This document shows, piece after piece, positions 1 through 14,000 of a stretch of 64,000 bases of DNA (position 1 is its first letter; each line of letters begins with the position of its first letter). This stretch comes from Lingula anatina. Taxonomy: Eukaryota > Animalia > Brachiopoda. The stretch lies in the NCBI GenBank assembly GCA_051362555.1, contig CM120645.1:17794001-17858000 (forward strand), written 5' to 3'. The notes beneath the pieces were generated by a model, which was not told the DNA's origin, made no database searches, and was given only the letters and a program-made list of their open reading frames with translations. The position numbers and the translations under genes are program-made.

Positions 1-3000
1 TCAACAATGTGCACGTGGATGTTAGTTTTGTCAGTTTATTTATTTTTAGTCATTATTTTAACTGTGCATGTTGGTGTTGTCTTCGCGTCTGTTTATACTC
101 TGTAAGCTGTTTCCATTCTGTATTGTCATTGAATGTGTTTGTATATATATTGTGATCACTGTGTATGACTGTGTAATCACCCGATTAATTTGTGTTTATT
201 CTTGTTACTATGCATGGTTGTGTGGTCACTGTACATGTTAAAATTTATTCTGATCACTGTGTATGTCTGTATTGTGACTGTGTTTGTATGTATTCATTTT
301 AAATATTGTGCACGTTACTACTGTCACTTTACATGTTAATATTTATTTTGACCACTGTTTATGTCAGTTTTTTTATGTTGATGTTTGTATTTATTGTGAG
401 CACTGTGTATGTCAGTTTAGTTACTCTATTTGTTTGTAATCATTACTATTACTCTGCATGATGGTGTTGTCACTGTACGTCTATGCGTCTGTTTATACTC
501 TGATAACTGATTCCATTCTGTATTGTCATTGAATGTGTTTTTATATATATTATGATCACTGTGTATGACTGTGTAATCACCCGATTAATTTGTGTTTATT
601 CTTGTTACTATGCATGGTTGTGTGGTCACTGTACATGTTAAAATTTATTCTGATCTCTGTGTATGTCTGTATTGTGACTGTGTTTGTATTTATTCATTTT
701 AAATATTGTGCACGTTACTACTGTCACTTTACATGTTAATATTTATTTTGACCACTGTTTATGTCAGTTTTTTTATGTTGATGTTTGTATTTATTGTGAG
801 CACTGTGTATGTCAGTTTAGTTACTCTATTTGTTTGTAATCATAACCATTACTCTGCATGATGGTGTTGTCACTTTATGTCTATGTGTCTGTTTTTGTAT
901 ATATTGTGATGACTGTGTATGACTTTGTTTTCTGTCTTTTTCCTTGTGTTCATTCCTATTATGGTGAACATTACTGCTGTCACTGTACATGTGAATTTTT
1001 TTTGTAATCACTGTGTATGACTGTGTTTTGACTGTGTATGTTTTTATTTATTTTGATTACTGGGCATGTTTGTGTTGTCACTGTTCGTGTTTGTATTTAT
1101 TGTGAGCACTGTGTATGTCAGCTTTGTCACTCTATTTGTTTGTAATCTTAACTATTGCTGTGCATGATTGTATTGTCACTGTATCCCTTTGTGTTTGTTT
1201 ATCTTATGTATCTTTATGTGTCTGTTTATATTCTGTCTCCTGTGTCTATTCTGTATTGTTACTGAATGTGTTCATATATATTGTGATGACTTTTTACGGC
1301 TATGTTTTCAATCTTTTTCCTTGTGTTTATTTTCATTACGGTGAATGCTACTGTTGTCACTGTACATGTGAAATTTTTTTCTAATCACTGTGTATGTCTG
1401 TATTATGACTGTGTTTGTTTGTATTTATTTTGATTACTGTGTATGTTTGTGTTGTCACTGTTCGTGTTTGTATTTATTGTGAGCACTGTGTATATCAGTT
1501 TTGTCACTCTATTTGTTTGTAGTCATTCTGATTACTGTGCATTTTAGTGTTGGCACTTTTTGTGTTTAAATTTATTGTAAACAATGTGGATGTCAGTTTT
1601 GTCAGTTAATTTATTTCTAGTTATTATTTTAACTGTGCATGTTTTGTTGTCACCGTCATCATAGTTTGTGTCTGTTTATACTCTGATGACTGTTTCTATT
1701 ATGTATTGTCATTGAATGTGTTTGTATATATATATATAGTGATCACTGTGTAATCACCCGATTAATTTGTGTTTATTCTTGTTACTGTGCATGGTTTTGT
1801 TGTCACTGTACATGTGAAATTTATACTTATCACTGTGTATATCTGTATTGTGACTGTGTTTGTTTGTATTAATTTTGATTATTGTGCATGTTACTATTGT
1901 CACTGTACATGTTAATATTTATTTTGACAACTGTTTATATTCCTGTGCATGATGGTGTTGTCACTGTATGTTTATGTGTCTGTTTATATTCTGTTTGCTG
2001 TGTCTATTCTGTATTGTTATTGAATGTGTTTGTACATATCGAGATGACTGCGTACGACTTCTGTTGTATTACGATGAATGTTACTGACTGTTGTCACTGT
2101 ACATGTGAAAAATTTTTCTAATCACTGTGTATGTCTGTTTTGTGACTGTGTTTGTTTGTATTGATTTTGCTAACTGTCTTTGTTGGTGTTGTTACTGTTG
2201 ATGTTTTTATGTATTGTGAGCACTTTGTATGTCAGTTTTGCTACTCTATTTGTTTGTAATCATTAGTATTACTGTGCATGATGGTGCTATCACTGTATGT
2301 CTATCTTCTATTATGTATTGTCATTGAATGTGTTTGTATATATATATATATAGTGATCACTGTGTAATCACCCGATTAATTTGTGTTTATTCTTGTTACT
2401 GTGCATGGTTTTGTTGTCACTGTACATGTGAAATTTATACTTATCACTGTGTATATCTGTATTGTGACTGTGTTTGTTTGTATTAATTTTGATTATTGTG
2501 CACGTTACTATTGTCTCTGTACATGTTAATATTTATTTTGACAACTGTTTATATTCCTGTGCATGATGGTGTTGTCACTGTATGTTTATGTGTCTGTTTA
2601 TATTCTATTTGCTGTGTCTATTCTGTATTGTTACTGATTGAGTTTGTACATATCGAGATGACTGCGTACGACTTTGTTTTCACTCTTTTACCTTGTGTTC
2701 ATTGTCATTATGGTGAACGTTTCTGTTGTCAACTGTACATGCGAAATTTTTTCACTCATTTTCATTGTGTTTATGCTCATTACCTTGAATGTTACTGACT
2801 GTTGTCACTGTACATGTGAAAATTTTTTCTAATCACTGTGTATGTCTGTTTTTTGACTGTGTATGTTTTTATTTATTTTGATTACTGTGCATGTTTTTGT
2901 TGTCACTGTTCGTGTTTGTATTTATTGTGAGCACTGTGTATGTCAGTTTTGTCACTCTATTTGTTTGTAATCATTACCATTACTCTGCATGATGGCATTG

Positions 3001-6000
3001 TCACTGTATGTCTATCTATCTGTTTATATTCTGTTTGCTGTGTCTATTCTGTATTGTTACTGAATGTGTTTGTATTTATTGTGAGCAATGTGTATGTCAG
3101 TTTTGTCACTCTATTTGTTTGTAGTCATACTGATTACTATGCATTTTAATGTTGGCACTGTTTGTGTTTATATTTATTGTCAACAATGTGGATGTTAGTT
3201 TTGTCAGTTTATTTATTTTTAGTCATTATTTTAACTGTGCATGTTGGTGTTGTCTTCGCGTCTGTTTATACTCTGTAAGCTGTTTCCATTCTGTATTGTC
3301 ATTGAATGTGTTTGTATATATATTGTGATCACTGTGTATGACTGTGTAATCACCCGATTAATTTGTGTTTATTCTTGTTACTATGCATGGTTGTGTGGTC
3401 ACTGTACATGTTAAAATTTATTCTGATCACTGTGTATGTCTGTATTGTGACTGTGTTTGTATGTATTCATTTTAAATATTGTGCACGTTACTACTGTCAC
3501 TTTACATGTTAATATTTATTTTGACCACTGTTTATGTCAGTTTTTTTATGTTGATGTTTGTATTTATTGTGAGCACTTTGTATGTCAGCTTAGTTACTCT
3601 ATTTGTTTGTAATCATTACTATTACTCTGCATGATGGTGTTGTCACTGTACGTCTATGTGTCTGTTTATACTCTGATAACTGATTCCATTCTGTATTGTC
3701 ATTGAATGTGTTTTTATATATATTATGATCACTGTGTATGACTGTGTAATCACCCGATTAATTTGTGTTTATTCTTGTTACTATGCATGGTTGTGTGGTC
3801 ACTGTACATGTTAAAATTTATTCTGATCTCTGTGTATGTCTGTATTGTGACTGTGTTTGTATTTATTCATTTTAAATATTGTGCACGTTACTACTGTCAC
3901 TTTACATGTTAATATTTATTTTGACCACTGTTTATGTCAGTTTTTTTATGTTGATGTTTGTATTTATTGTGAGCACTGTGTATGTCAGTTTAGTTACTCT
4001 ATTTGTTTGTAATCATAACCATTACTCTGCATGATGGTGTTGTCACTTTATGTCTATGTGTCTGTTTTTGTATATATTGTGATGACTGTGTATGACTTTG
4101 TTTTCTGTCTTTTTCCTTGTGTTCATTCCTATTATGGTGAACATTACTGCTGTCACTGTTCATGTGAATTTTTTTTGTAATCACTGTGTATGACTGTGTT
4201 TTGACTGTGTATGTTTTTATTTATTTTGATTACTGTGCATGTTTTTGTTGTCACTGTTCGTGTTTGTATTTATTGTGAGCACTGTGTATGTCAGTTTTGT
4301 CACTCTATTTGTTTGTAGTCATACTGATTACTATGCATTTTAATGTTGGCACTGTTTGTGTTTATATTTATTGTCAACAATGTGCACGTGGATGTTAGTT
4401 TTGTCAGTTTATTTATTTTTAGTCATTATTTTAACTGTGCATGTTGGTGTTGTCTTCGCGTCTGTTTATACTCTGTAAGCTGTTTCCATTCTGTATTGTC
4501 ATTGAATGTGTTTGTATATATATTGTGATCACTGTGTATGACTGTGTAATCACCCGATTAATTTGTGTTTATTCTTGTTACTATGCATGGTTGTGTGGTC
4601 ACTGTACATGTTAAAATTTATTCTGATCACTGTGTATGTCTGTATTGTGACTGTGTTTGTATGTATTCATTTTAAATATTGTGCACGTTACTACTGTCAC
4701 TTTACATGTTAATATTTATTTTGACCACTGTTTATGTCAGTTTTTTTATGTTGATGTTTGTATTTATTGTGAGCACTGTGTATGTCAGTTTAGTTACTCT
4801 ATTTGTTTGTAATCATTACTATTACTCTGCATGATGGTGTTGTCACTGTACGTCTATGCGTCTGTTTATACTCTGATAACTGATTCCATTCTGTATTGTC
4901 ATTGAATGTGTTTTTATATATATTATGATCACTGTGTATGACTGTGTAATCACCCGATTAATTTGTGTTTATTCTTGTTACTATGCATGGTTGTGTGGTC
5001 ACTGTACATGTTAAAATTTATTCTGATCTCTGTGTATGTCTGTATTGTGACTGTGTTTGTATTTATTCATTTTAAATATTGTGCACGTTACTACTGTCAC
5101 TTTACATGTTAATATTTATTTTGACCACTGTTTATGTCAGTTTTTTTATGTTGATGTTTGTATTTATTGTGAGCACTGTGTATGTCAGTTTAGTTACTCT
5201 ATTTGTTTGTAATCATAACCATTACTCTGCATGATGGTGTTGTCACTTTATGTCTATGTGTCTGTTTTTGTATATATTGTGATGACTGTGTATGACTTTG
5301 TTTTCTGTCTTTTTCCTTGTGTTCATTCCTATTATGGTGAACATTACTGCTGTCACTGTACATGTGAATTTTTTTTGTAATCACTGTGTATGACTGTGTT
5401 TTGACTGTGTATGTTTTTATTTATTTTGATTACTGGGCATGTTTGTGTTGTCACTGTTCGTGTTTGTATTTATTGTGAGCACTGTGTATGTCAGCTTTGT
5501 CACTCTATTTGTTTGTAATCTTAACTATTGCTGTGCATGATTGTATTGTCACTGTATCCCTTTGTGTTTGTTTATCTTATGTATCTTTATGTGTCTGTTT
5601 ATATTCTGTCTCCTGTGTCTATTCTGTATTGTTACTGAATGTGTTCATATATATTGTGATGACTTTTTACGGCTATGTTTTCAATCTTTTTCCTTGTGTT
5701 TATTTTCATTACGGTGAATGCTACTGTTGTCACTGTACATGTGAAATTTTTTTCTAATCACTGTGTATGTCTGTATTATGACTGTGTTTGTTTGTATTTA
5801 TTTTGATTACTGTGTATGTTTGTGTTGTCACTGTTCGTGTTTGTATTTATTGTGAGCACTGTGTATATCAGTTTTGTCACTCTATTTGTTTGTAGTCATT
5901 CTGATTACTGTGCATTTTAGTGTTGGCACTTTTTGTGTTTAAATTTATTGTAAACAATGTGGATGTCAGTTTTGTCAGTTAATTTATTTCTAGTTATTAT

Positions 6001-9000
6001 TTTAACTGTGCATGTTTTGTTGTCACCGTCATCATAGTTTGTGTCTGTTTATACTCTGATGACTGTTTCTATTATGTATTGTCATTGAATGTGTTTGTAT
6101 ATATATATATAGTGATCACTGTGTAATCACCCGATTAATTTGTGTTTATTCTTGTTACTGTGCATGGTTTTGTTGTCACTGTACATGTGAAATTTATACT
6201 TATCACTGTGTATATCTGTATTGTGACTGTGTTTGTTTGTATTAATTTTGATTATTGTGCATGTTACTATTGTCACTGTACATGTTAATATTTATTTTGA
6301 CAACTGTTTATATTCCTGTGCATGATGGTGTTGTCACTGTATGTTTATGTGTCTGTTTATATTCTGTTTGCTGTGTCTATTCTGTATTGTTATTGAATGT
6401 GTTTGTACATATCGAGATGACTGCGTACGACTTCTGTTGTATTACGATGAATGTTACTGACTGTTGTCACTGTACATGTGAAAAATTTTTCTAATCACTG
6501 TGTATGTCTGTTTTGTGACTGTGTTTGTTTGTATTGATTTTGCTAACTGTCTTTGTTGGTGTTGTTACTGTTGATGTTTTTATGTATTGTGAGCACTTTG
6601 TATGTCAGTTTTGCTACTCTATTTGTTTGTAATCATTAGTATTACTGTGCATGATGGTGCTATCACTGTATGTCTATCTTCTATTATGTATTGTCATTGA
6701 ATGTGTTTGTATATATATATATATATAGTGATCACTGTGTAATCACCCGATTAATTTGTGTTTATTCTTGTTACTGTGCATGGTTTTGTTGTCACTGTAC
6801 ATGTGAAATTTATACTTATCACTGTGTATATCTGTATTGTGACTGTGTTTGTTTGTATTAATTTTGATTATTGTGCACGTTACTATTGTCTCTGTACATG
6901 TTAATATTTATTTTGACAACTGTTTATATTCCTGTGCATGATGGTGTTGTCACTGTATGTTTATGTGTCTGTTTATATTCTATTTGCTGTGTCTATTCTG
7001 TATTGTTACTGATTGAGTTTGTACATATCGAGATGACTGCGTACGACTTTGTTTTCACTCTTTTACCTTGTGTTCATTGTCATTATGGTGAACGTTTCTG
7101 TTGTCAACTGTACATGCGAAATTTTTTCACTCATTTTCATTGTGTTTATGCTCATTACCTTGAATGTTACTGACTGTTGTCACTGTACATGTGAAAATTT
7201 TTTCTAATCACTGTGTATGTCTGTTTTTTGACTGTGTATGTTTTTATTTATTTTGATTACTGTGCATGTTTTTGTTGTCACTGTTCGTGTTTGTATTTAT
7301 TGTGAGCACTGTGTATGTCAGTTTTGTCACTCTATTTGTTTGTAATCATTACCATTACTCTGCATGATGGCATTGTCACTGTATGTCTATCTATCTGTTT
7401 ATATTCTGTTTGCTGTGTCTATTCTGTATTGTTACTGAATGTGTTTGTATTTATTGTGAGCAATGTGTATGTCAGTTTTGTCACTCTATTTGTTTGTAGT
7501 CATACTGATTACTATGCATTTTAATGTTGGCACTGTTTGTGTTTATATTTATTGTCAACAATGTGGATGTTAGTTTTGTCAGTTTATTTATTTTTAGTCA
7601 TTATTTTAACTGTGCATGTTGGTGTTGTCTTCGCGTCTGTTTATACTCTGTAAGCTGTTTCCATTCTGTATTGTCATTGAATGTGTTTGTATATATATTG
7701 TGATCACTGTGTATGACTGTGTAATCACCCGATTAATTTGTGTTTATTCTTGTTACTATGCATGGTTGTGTGGTCACTGTACATGTTAAAATTTATTCTG
7801 ATCACTGTGTATGTCTGTATTGTGACTGTGTTTGTATGTATTCATTTTAAATATTGTGCACGTTACTACTGTCACTTTACATGTTAATATTTATTTTGAC
7901 CACTGTTTATGTCAGTTTTTTTATGTTGATGTTTGTATTTATTGTGAGCACTTTGTATGTCAGCTTAGTTACTCTATTTGTTTGTAATCATTACTATTAC
8001 TCTGCATGATGGTGTTGTCACTGTACGTCTATGTGTCTGTTTATACTCTGATAACTGATTCCATTCTGTATTGTCATTGAATGTGTTTTTATATATATTA
8101 TGATCACTGTGTATGACTGTGTAATCACCCGATTAATTTGTGTTTATTCTTGTTACTATGCATGGTTGTGTGGTCACTGTACATGTTAAAATTTATTCTG
8201 ATCTCTGTGTATGTCTGTATTGTGACTGTGTTTGTATTTATTCATTTTAAATATTGTGCACGTTACTACTGTCACTTTACATGTTAATATTTATTTTGAC
8301 CACTGTTTATGTCAGTTTTTTTATGTTGATGTTTGTATTTATTGTGAGCACTGTGTATGTCAGTTTAGTTACTCTATTTGTTTGTAATCATAACCATTAC
8401 TCTGCATGATGGTGTTGTCACTTTATGTCTATGTGTCTGTTTTTGTATATATTGTGATGACTGTGTATGACTTTGTTTTCTGTCTTTTTCCTTGTGTTCA
8501 TTCCTATTATGGTGAACATTACTGCTGTCACTGTACATGTGAATTTTTTTTGTAATCACTGTGTATGACTGTGTTTTGACTGTGTATGTTTTTATTTATT
8601 TTGATTACTGTGCATGTTTTTGTTGTCACTGTTCGTGTTTGTATTTATTGTGAGCACTGTGTATGTCAGTTTTGTCACTCTATTTGTTTGTAATCATTAC
8701 CATTACTCTGCATGATGGCATTGTCACTGTATGTCTATCTATCTGTTTATATTCTGTTTGCTGTGTCTATTCTGTATTGTTACTGAATGTGTTTGTATTT
8801 ATTGTGAGCACTGTGTATGTCAGTTTTGTCACTCTATTTGTTTGTAGTCATACTGATTACTATGCATTTTAATGTTGGCACTGTTTGTGTTTATATTTAT
8901 TGTCAACAATGTGGATGTTAGTTTTGTCAGTTTATTTATTTTTAGTCATTATTTTAACTGTGCATGTTGGTGTTGTCTTCGCGTCTGTTTATACTCTGTA

Positions 9001-10163
9001 AGCTTTTTTCATCTTGTATTGTCATTGAATGTGTTTGTATATATATTGTGATCACTGTGTATGACTGTGTAATCACCCGATTAATTTGTGTTTATTCTTG
9101 TTACTATGCATGGTTGTGTGGTCACTGTACATGTTAAAATTTATTCTGATCTCTGTGTATGTCTGTATTGTGACTGTGTTTGTATTTATTCATTTTAAAT
9201 ATTGTGCACGTTACTACTGTCACTTTACATGTTGATATTTATTTTGACCACTGTTTATGTCAGTTTTTTTATGTTGATGTTTGTATTTATTGTGAGCACT
9301 GTGTATGTCAGTTTAGTTACTCTATTTGTTTGTAATCATAACCATTACTCTGCATGATGGTGTTGTCACTTTATGTCTATGTGTCTGTTTATACTCTGAT
9401 AACTGATTCCATTCTGTATTGTCATTGAATGTGTTTTTATATATATTATGATCACTGTGTATGACTGTGTAATCACCCGATTAATTTGTGTTTATTCTTG
9501 TTACTATGCATGGTTGTGTGGTCACTGTACATGTTAAAATTTATTCTGATCTCTGTGTATGTCTGTATTGTGACTGTGTTTGTATTTATTCATTTTAAAT
9601 ATTGTGCACGTTACTACTGTCACTTTACATGTTAATATTTATTTTGACCACTGTTTATGTCAGTTTTTTTATGTTGATGTTTGTATTTATTGTGAGCACT
9701 GTGTATGTCAGTTTAGTTACTCTATTTGTTTGTAATCATAACCATTACTCTGCATGATGGTGTTGTCACTTTATGTCTATGTGTCTGTTTTTGTATATAT
9801 TGTGATGACTGTGTATGACTTTGTTTTCTGTCTTTTTCCTTGTGTTCATTCCTATTATGGTGAACATTACTGCTGTCACTGTACATGTGAATTTTTTTTG
9901 TAATCACTGTGTATGACTGTGTTTTGACTGTGTATGTTTTTATTTATTTTGATTACTGTGCATGTTTTTGTTGTCACTGTTCGTGTTTGTATTTATTGTG
10001 AGCACTGTGTATGTCAGTTTTGTCACTCTATTTGTTTGTAATCATTACCATTACTCTGCATGATGGCATTGTCACTGTATCTCTATGTGCCTGTTAATAT
10101 TCTCTTTGCTGTGTCTATTCTGTATTGTTACTGAATGAGTTTGTATATATTGTGATGACTGTG
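1..10163 (+). repeat. Complex satellite array (49-bp monomer), homogeneous ~4.37-kb higher-order repeat
   Basis: Recurrent TGTTGTCACTGT / ATCACTGTGTATG motifs. Position 1 recurs at 4374. Identical spurious ORFs recur at +4373/+4375 (826/5199, 1115/5488, 1882/6255, 2496/6871, 2940/7315, 3999/8374). Confidence 0.97.
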
Positions 10164-11050
10164 TGTAACACAAGTAGTGTTAGAAAAGGAATAGAGTCTT
10201 GTTGGGGTGATATAAGTTGTTTATTCTCCTCTCTGTCTGTACCAGTTATAAAATACTCGTCAATCAACGAAAGTTTAAATTGAAATAAAAAATTGAATAA
10301 ATAAATAAATGAAATACTTAACTACTTTAATGCAATAATTACAATGGAAATAATCTGGAATGCTGTAATTGAGAAATCTGCAATAGCACAATATGGCACA
10401 ATTTAGGCACCCAACATCTTTGAGACAACTAGCACAATTTGTGTAACATGAGACAGCAGAGAAAGCATGAGGCGCATTACTCCTTCAGAATATCTAATTG
10501 AACCTTAAACATGTTTTACTTATAAAAATTCTACCACATAAGACAAGGTGTGTCATAAAAACCATTAAATTTCACAGCAAAGAACTAGTACAGTACGTGT
10601 AGATAAATCAATTAAAATCAATGTGGGTCAAACTGCTTCTCAGTAAGTGTTAAACTCAAAAACAAGCCAAAAACAACAATTCACTTAACTAAGCACATCT
10701 TAATTTCTCTCTAGTTACAAAAAATGACATTAAAAATAATTTTACTCACATTCCTGGTTGGACAGGGTTCTCAAAGGTATACACTTGGTTTAAACAACTT
10801 CTGGGATTATGAAAATGCATTTTCTTCCTCTCAAGAACAGAACAAAGGAATGTGCTGTGCTAGGAAATTTAAACCCCCTCAAGGAATCTCATTAAAAGAC
10901 AATCAAAAGAAACTATTTGCTAGTTAATATTTTCTATCAGCAAAAGGGGTCAGCACCTTACAGCCTACTCTTATTAGTCATTGGCAATACAGGGTAAAAC
11001 TTAATAGTTAGGTTAAATGTTCAGCTAGCTAAAATTTGCCAGGTGATACA
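10164..11050 (-). mobile_element. Solo LTR (887 bp)
   Basis: Termini TGTAACAC...GTGATACA (7/8 inverted match). 5-bp TSD CTGTG at 10159-10163 and 11051-11055. AATAAA on the minus strand ~60 bp before its 3' end. Satellite phase resumes across it. Confidence 0.8.
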
Positions 11051-14000
11051 CTGTGTATGACTTTGTTTTCACTCTTTTTCCTTGTGTTCATTCCCATTAT
11101 GATGAACGTTATTGTAATAAATTCCATTACTCTGCATGATGGTGTTGTCACTTTATGTATATGTGTCAGTTTATGTGCTGTTGGCTGTGTCTATTCTGTA
11201 TTGTTACTGAATGTGCTTATATATATTGTGATGACTATGTATGACTTTGTTTTCACTTTTTTTCTTTGTGTTCATTCCCATTATGGTGAACGTTACTGTT
11301 GTCACTGTACACGTCAAATTTTTTCTAATCACCGTGTATGTCTGTATTTTGACTGTGTTTGTTTTTATATATTTTGTTTACTGTGCATGTTTGTGTTGTC
11401 ACTGTTTGTGTTTGTATTTATTGTGAGCACTGTGTTTGTCAGTTTTTTTTTACTCTATTTGTTTGAAATCATTACCATTACTCTGCATGATGGTGTTGTC
11501 ACTTTATGTCTATGTGTCTGTTTATATGCTATTTGCTGTGTCTATTCTGTATTGTTACTGAATGAGTTTGTACATACTGTGATGACTGTGTGCAGCTAGG
11601 TTTTTTACTTTTTTTTCATTGTGTTCGTTCTCATTATGGTGCACGTTACTGTTGTCACTGTACATTTGATATTTTTTCTAATCACTGTGTATGTCTGTGT
11701 TTTGACTGTGCTTGTTTTTATTTATTTCCATTCTGTGCATGTTTGTGTTGTCACTGTTCGTGTTTGTATTTATTGTGAGCACTGTGTATGTCAGTTTTGT
11801 CACTCTATTTGTTTGTAGTTATTTCGATCACTATAAATTTACATGCATTTTAGCATTGGCACTGTTTGTGTTTATATCTATTGTCAGCAATGTGGATGTC
11901 AGTTTTGTCTGTTTATTTATTTCTAGTCATTATTTTTACTGTGCATGTTGGTGTTGTCACTGTCATTATAGTTAATGTGTCTGTTTATACTCTGATAACT
12001 GTTTCCATTCTGTATTGTCCTTGAATGTGTTTGTATATATATTGTGATCACTGTGTATGACTGTGTTATCACCCGATTAATTTGTGTTTATTCTTGTTAC
12101 TATGCATGGTTGTGTGGTCACTGTACATGTTAAAATTTATTCTGATCACTGTGTATGTCTGTATTGTGACTGTGTTTGTATGTATTCATTTTAAATATTG
12201 TGCACGTTACTACTGTCACTGTACATGTTAATATTTATTTTGACCACTGTTTATGTCAGTTTTTTTTATGTTGATGTTTGTATTTATTGTGAGCACTGTG
12301 TATGTCAGTTTAGTTACTCTATTTGTTTGTAATCATTACTATTACTCTGCATGATGGTGTTGTCACTGTATGTCTATGTGTCTGTTTATATTCTCTTTGC
12401 TGTGTCTATTCTGTATTGTTACTGAATGTGTTTGTACATTATGAGATGACTGTGCACAACTTTGTTATCTCTTTTTTGTTGTATTCATTCTTATTATGGT
12501 GAATGTTACTGTTGTCACTGTACATGTCAAAATTTATTCTGATCACTGTGTATGACTGTATTGTGACTGTGTTTGTTTTTATATATTTTGATTACTGTGT
12601 TTGTTGATGTTGTTACTGTTGATGTTTGTATTTATTGTGAGCACTGTGTATGCCAGTTTAGTTACTCTATTTGTTTGTAATCATTACCATTACTCTGCAG
12701 GATGGTGTTGTCACTATATGTTTATGTGTCTGTTTATATGCTGTTTGCTGTTTCTATTCTGTTTTGTTACTGAATGTGTTTGTTCATATCGAGATGACTG
12801 TTTATGACTTTGTTTTCACTCTTTTACCTTGTGTTCATTGTCATTTAGGTGAATGTTACTGTTGTCCCTGTACATTTGAAATTTTTTCACTCTTTTTACT
12901 TGTGTTCATTCTCATTATGGTGAAGTTTACTGTTTTCACTGTACACGTCAAAATTTATTCTGATCACTGTATATGTTTATATTTTGACTGTGTTTGTTTG
13001 TATTTAATTTGATTATTGTGCATGTTTGTGTTGTAACTGTTCATGTTTGTATTTATTATTTTTTTTTTATATTTTTCCATATGTTTATTCTCATTACTAT
13101 GAACGTTACTGTTGTCACTGTACATGTGAAATTTTTTTTTCTAATCACTGTGTGTCTGTATTTTGGATGTTTTTATTTATTTTGATTAATGTGCATGTTT
13201 GTATTGTTAATCACCCGATTAATTTGTGTTTATTCTTGTAACTGTGCATGGTTGTGTTGTCACTGTTCATGTTAAAATTTATTCTGATCACTGTGTATGT
13301 CTGTATTGTGACTGTGTTTGTTTGTATTTATTTTGATTTGTGTGCACATTACTATTGTCACTGTACATGTTAATATTTATTTTGAACACAGTTTATGTCA
13401 GTTTGTCACTCTATTTATTTGTTATCATTACTATTACTGTGCATGATGTTGTTGTCACTTATGTTTGCTGCGTCTATGCTGTATTGTTACTGAATGTGTT
13501 TGTATATTGTGATGACTGTGTACGGTTATGTTTTCACTCTTTTTTTCTGGTCTTCTTTCTTGTTACAATGTACGTTACTGTTGTCACTGTACACGTCAAT
13601 AATTTTTCTGATCACTGTGTATGTCTGTATTTTGACTGTGTTTTTGGTGTTGTTACTGTTTGTGTTTGTATTTATTGTGAGCACTATGTACGTCAGTTTT
13701 GTCTCTCTTATTTGTTTTTATTCATTATTATAACTCTGCATGATGGTGTTGTCACTGTTTGTCTATGTGTCTGTTTATATTGTTTGCTGTGTCTATTCTG
13801 TATAGATAAAGTACGAGGCACTGAGCTTTACGAGAAATAGAGCAGATAATTGGCAAGGCGAAGCTGAGACAATTATCTGCTCTATTTCTCTTAAAGCTCA
13901 GCGCCGAGTGCTTTATCTGGCTTAAAGCACGATTAATTAACCCTGTGCACTGGTGCGTGGAATGCATTCATGGATGACGTGACTTTACACAAAATAAAGC

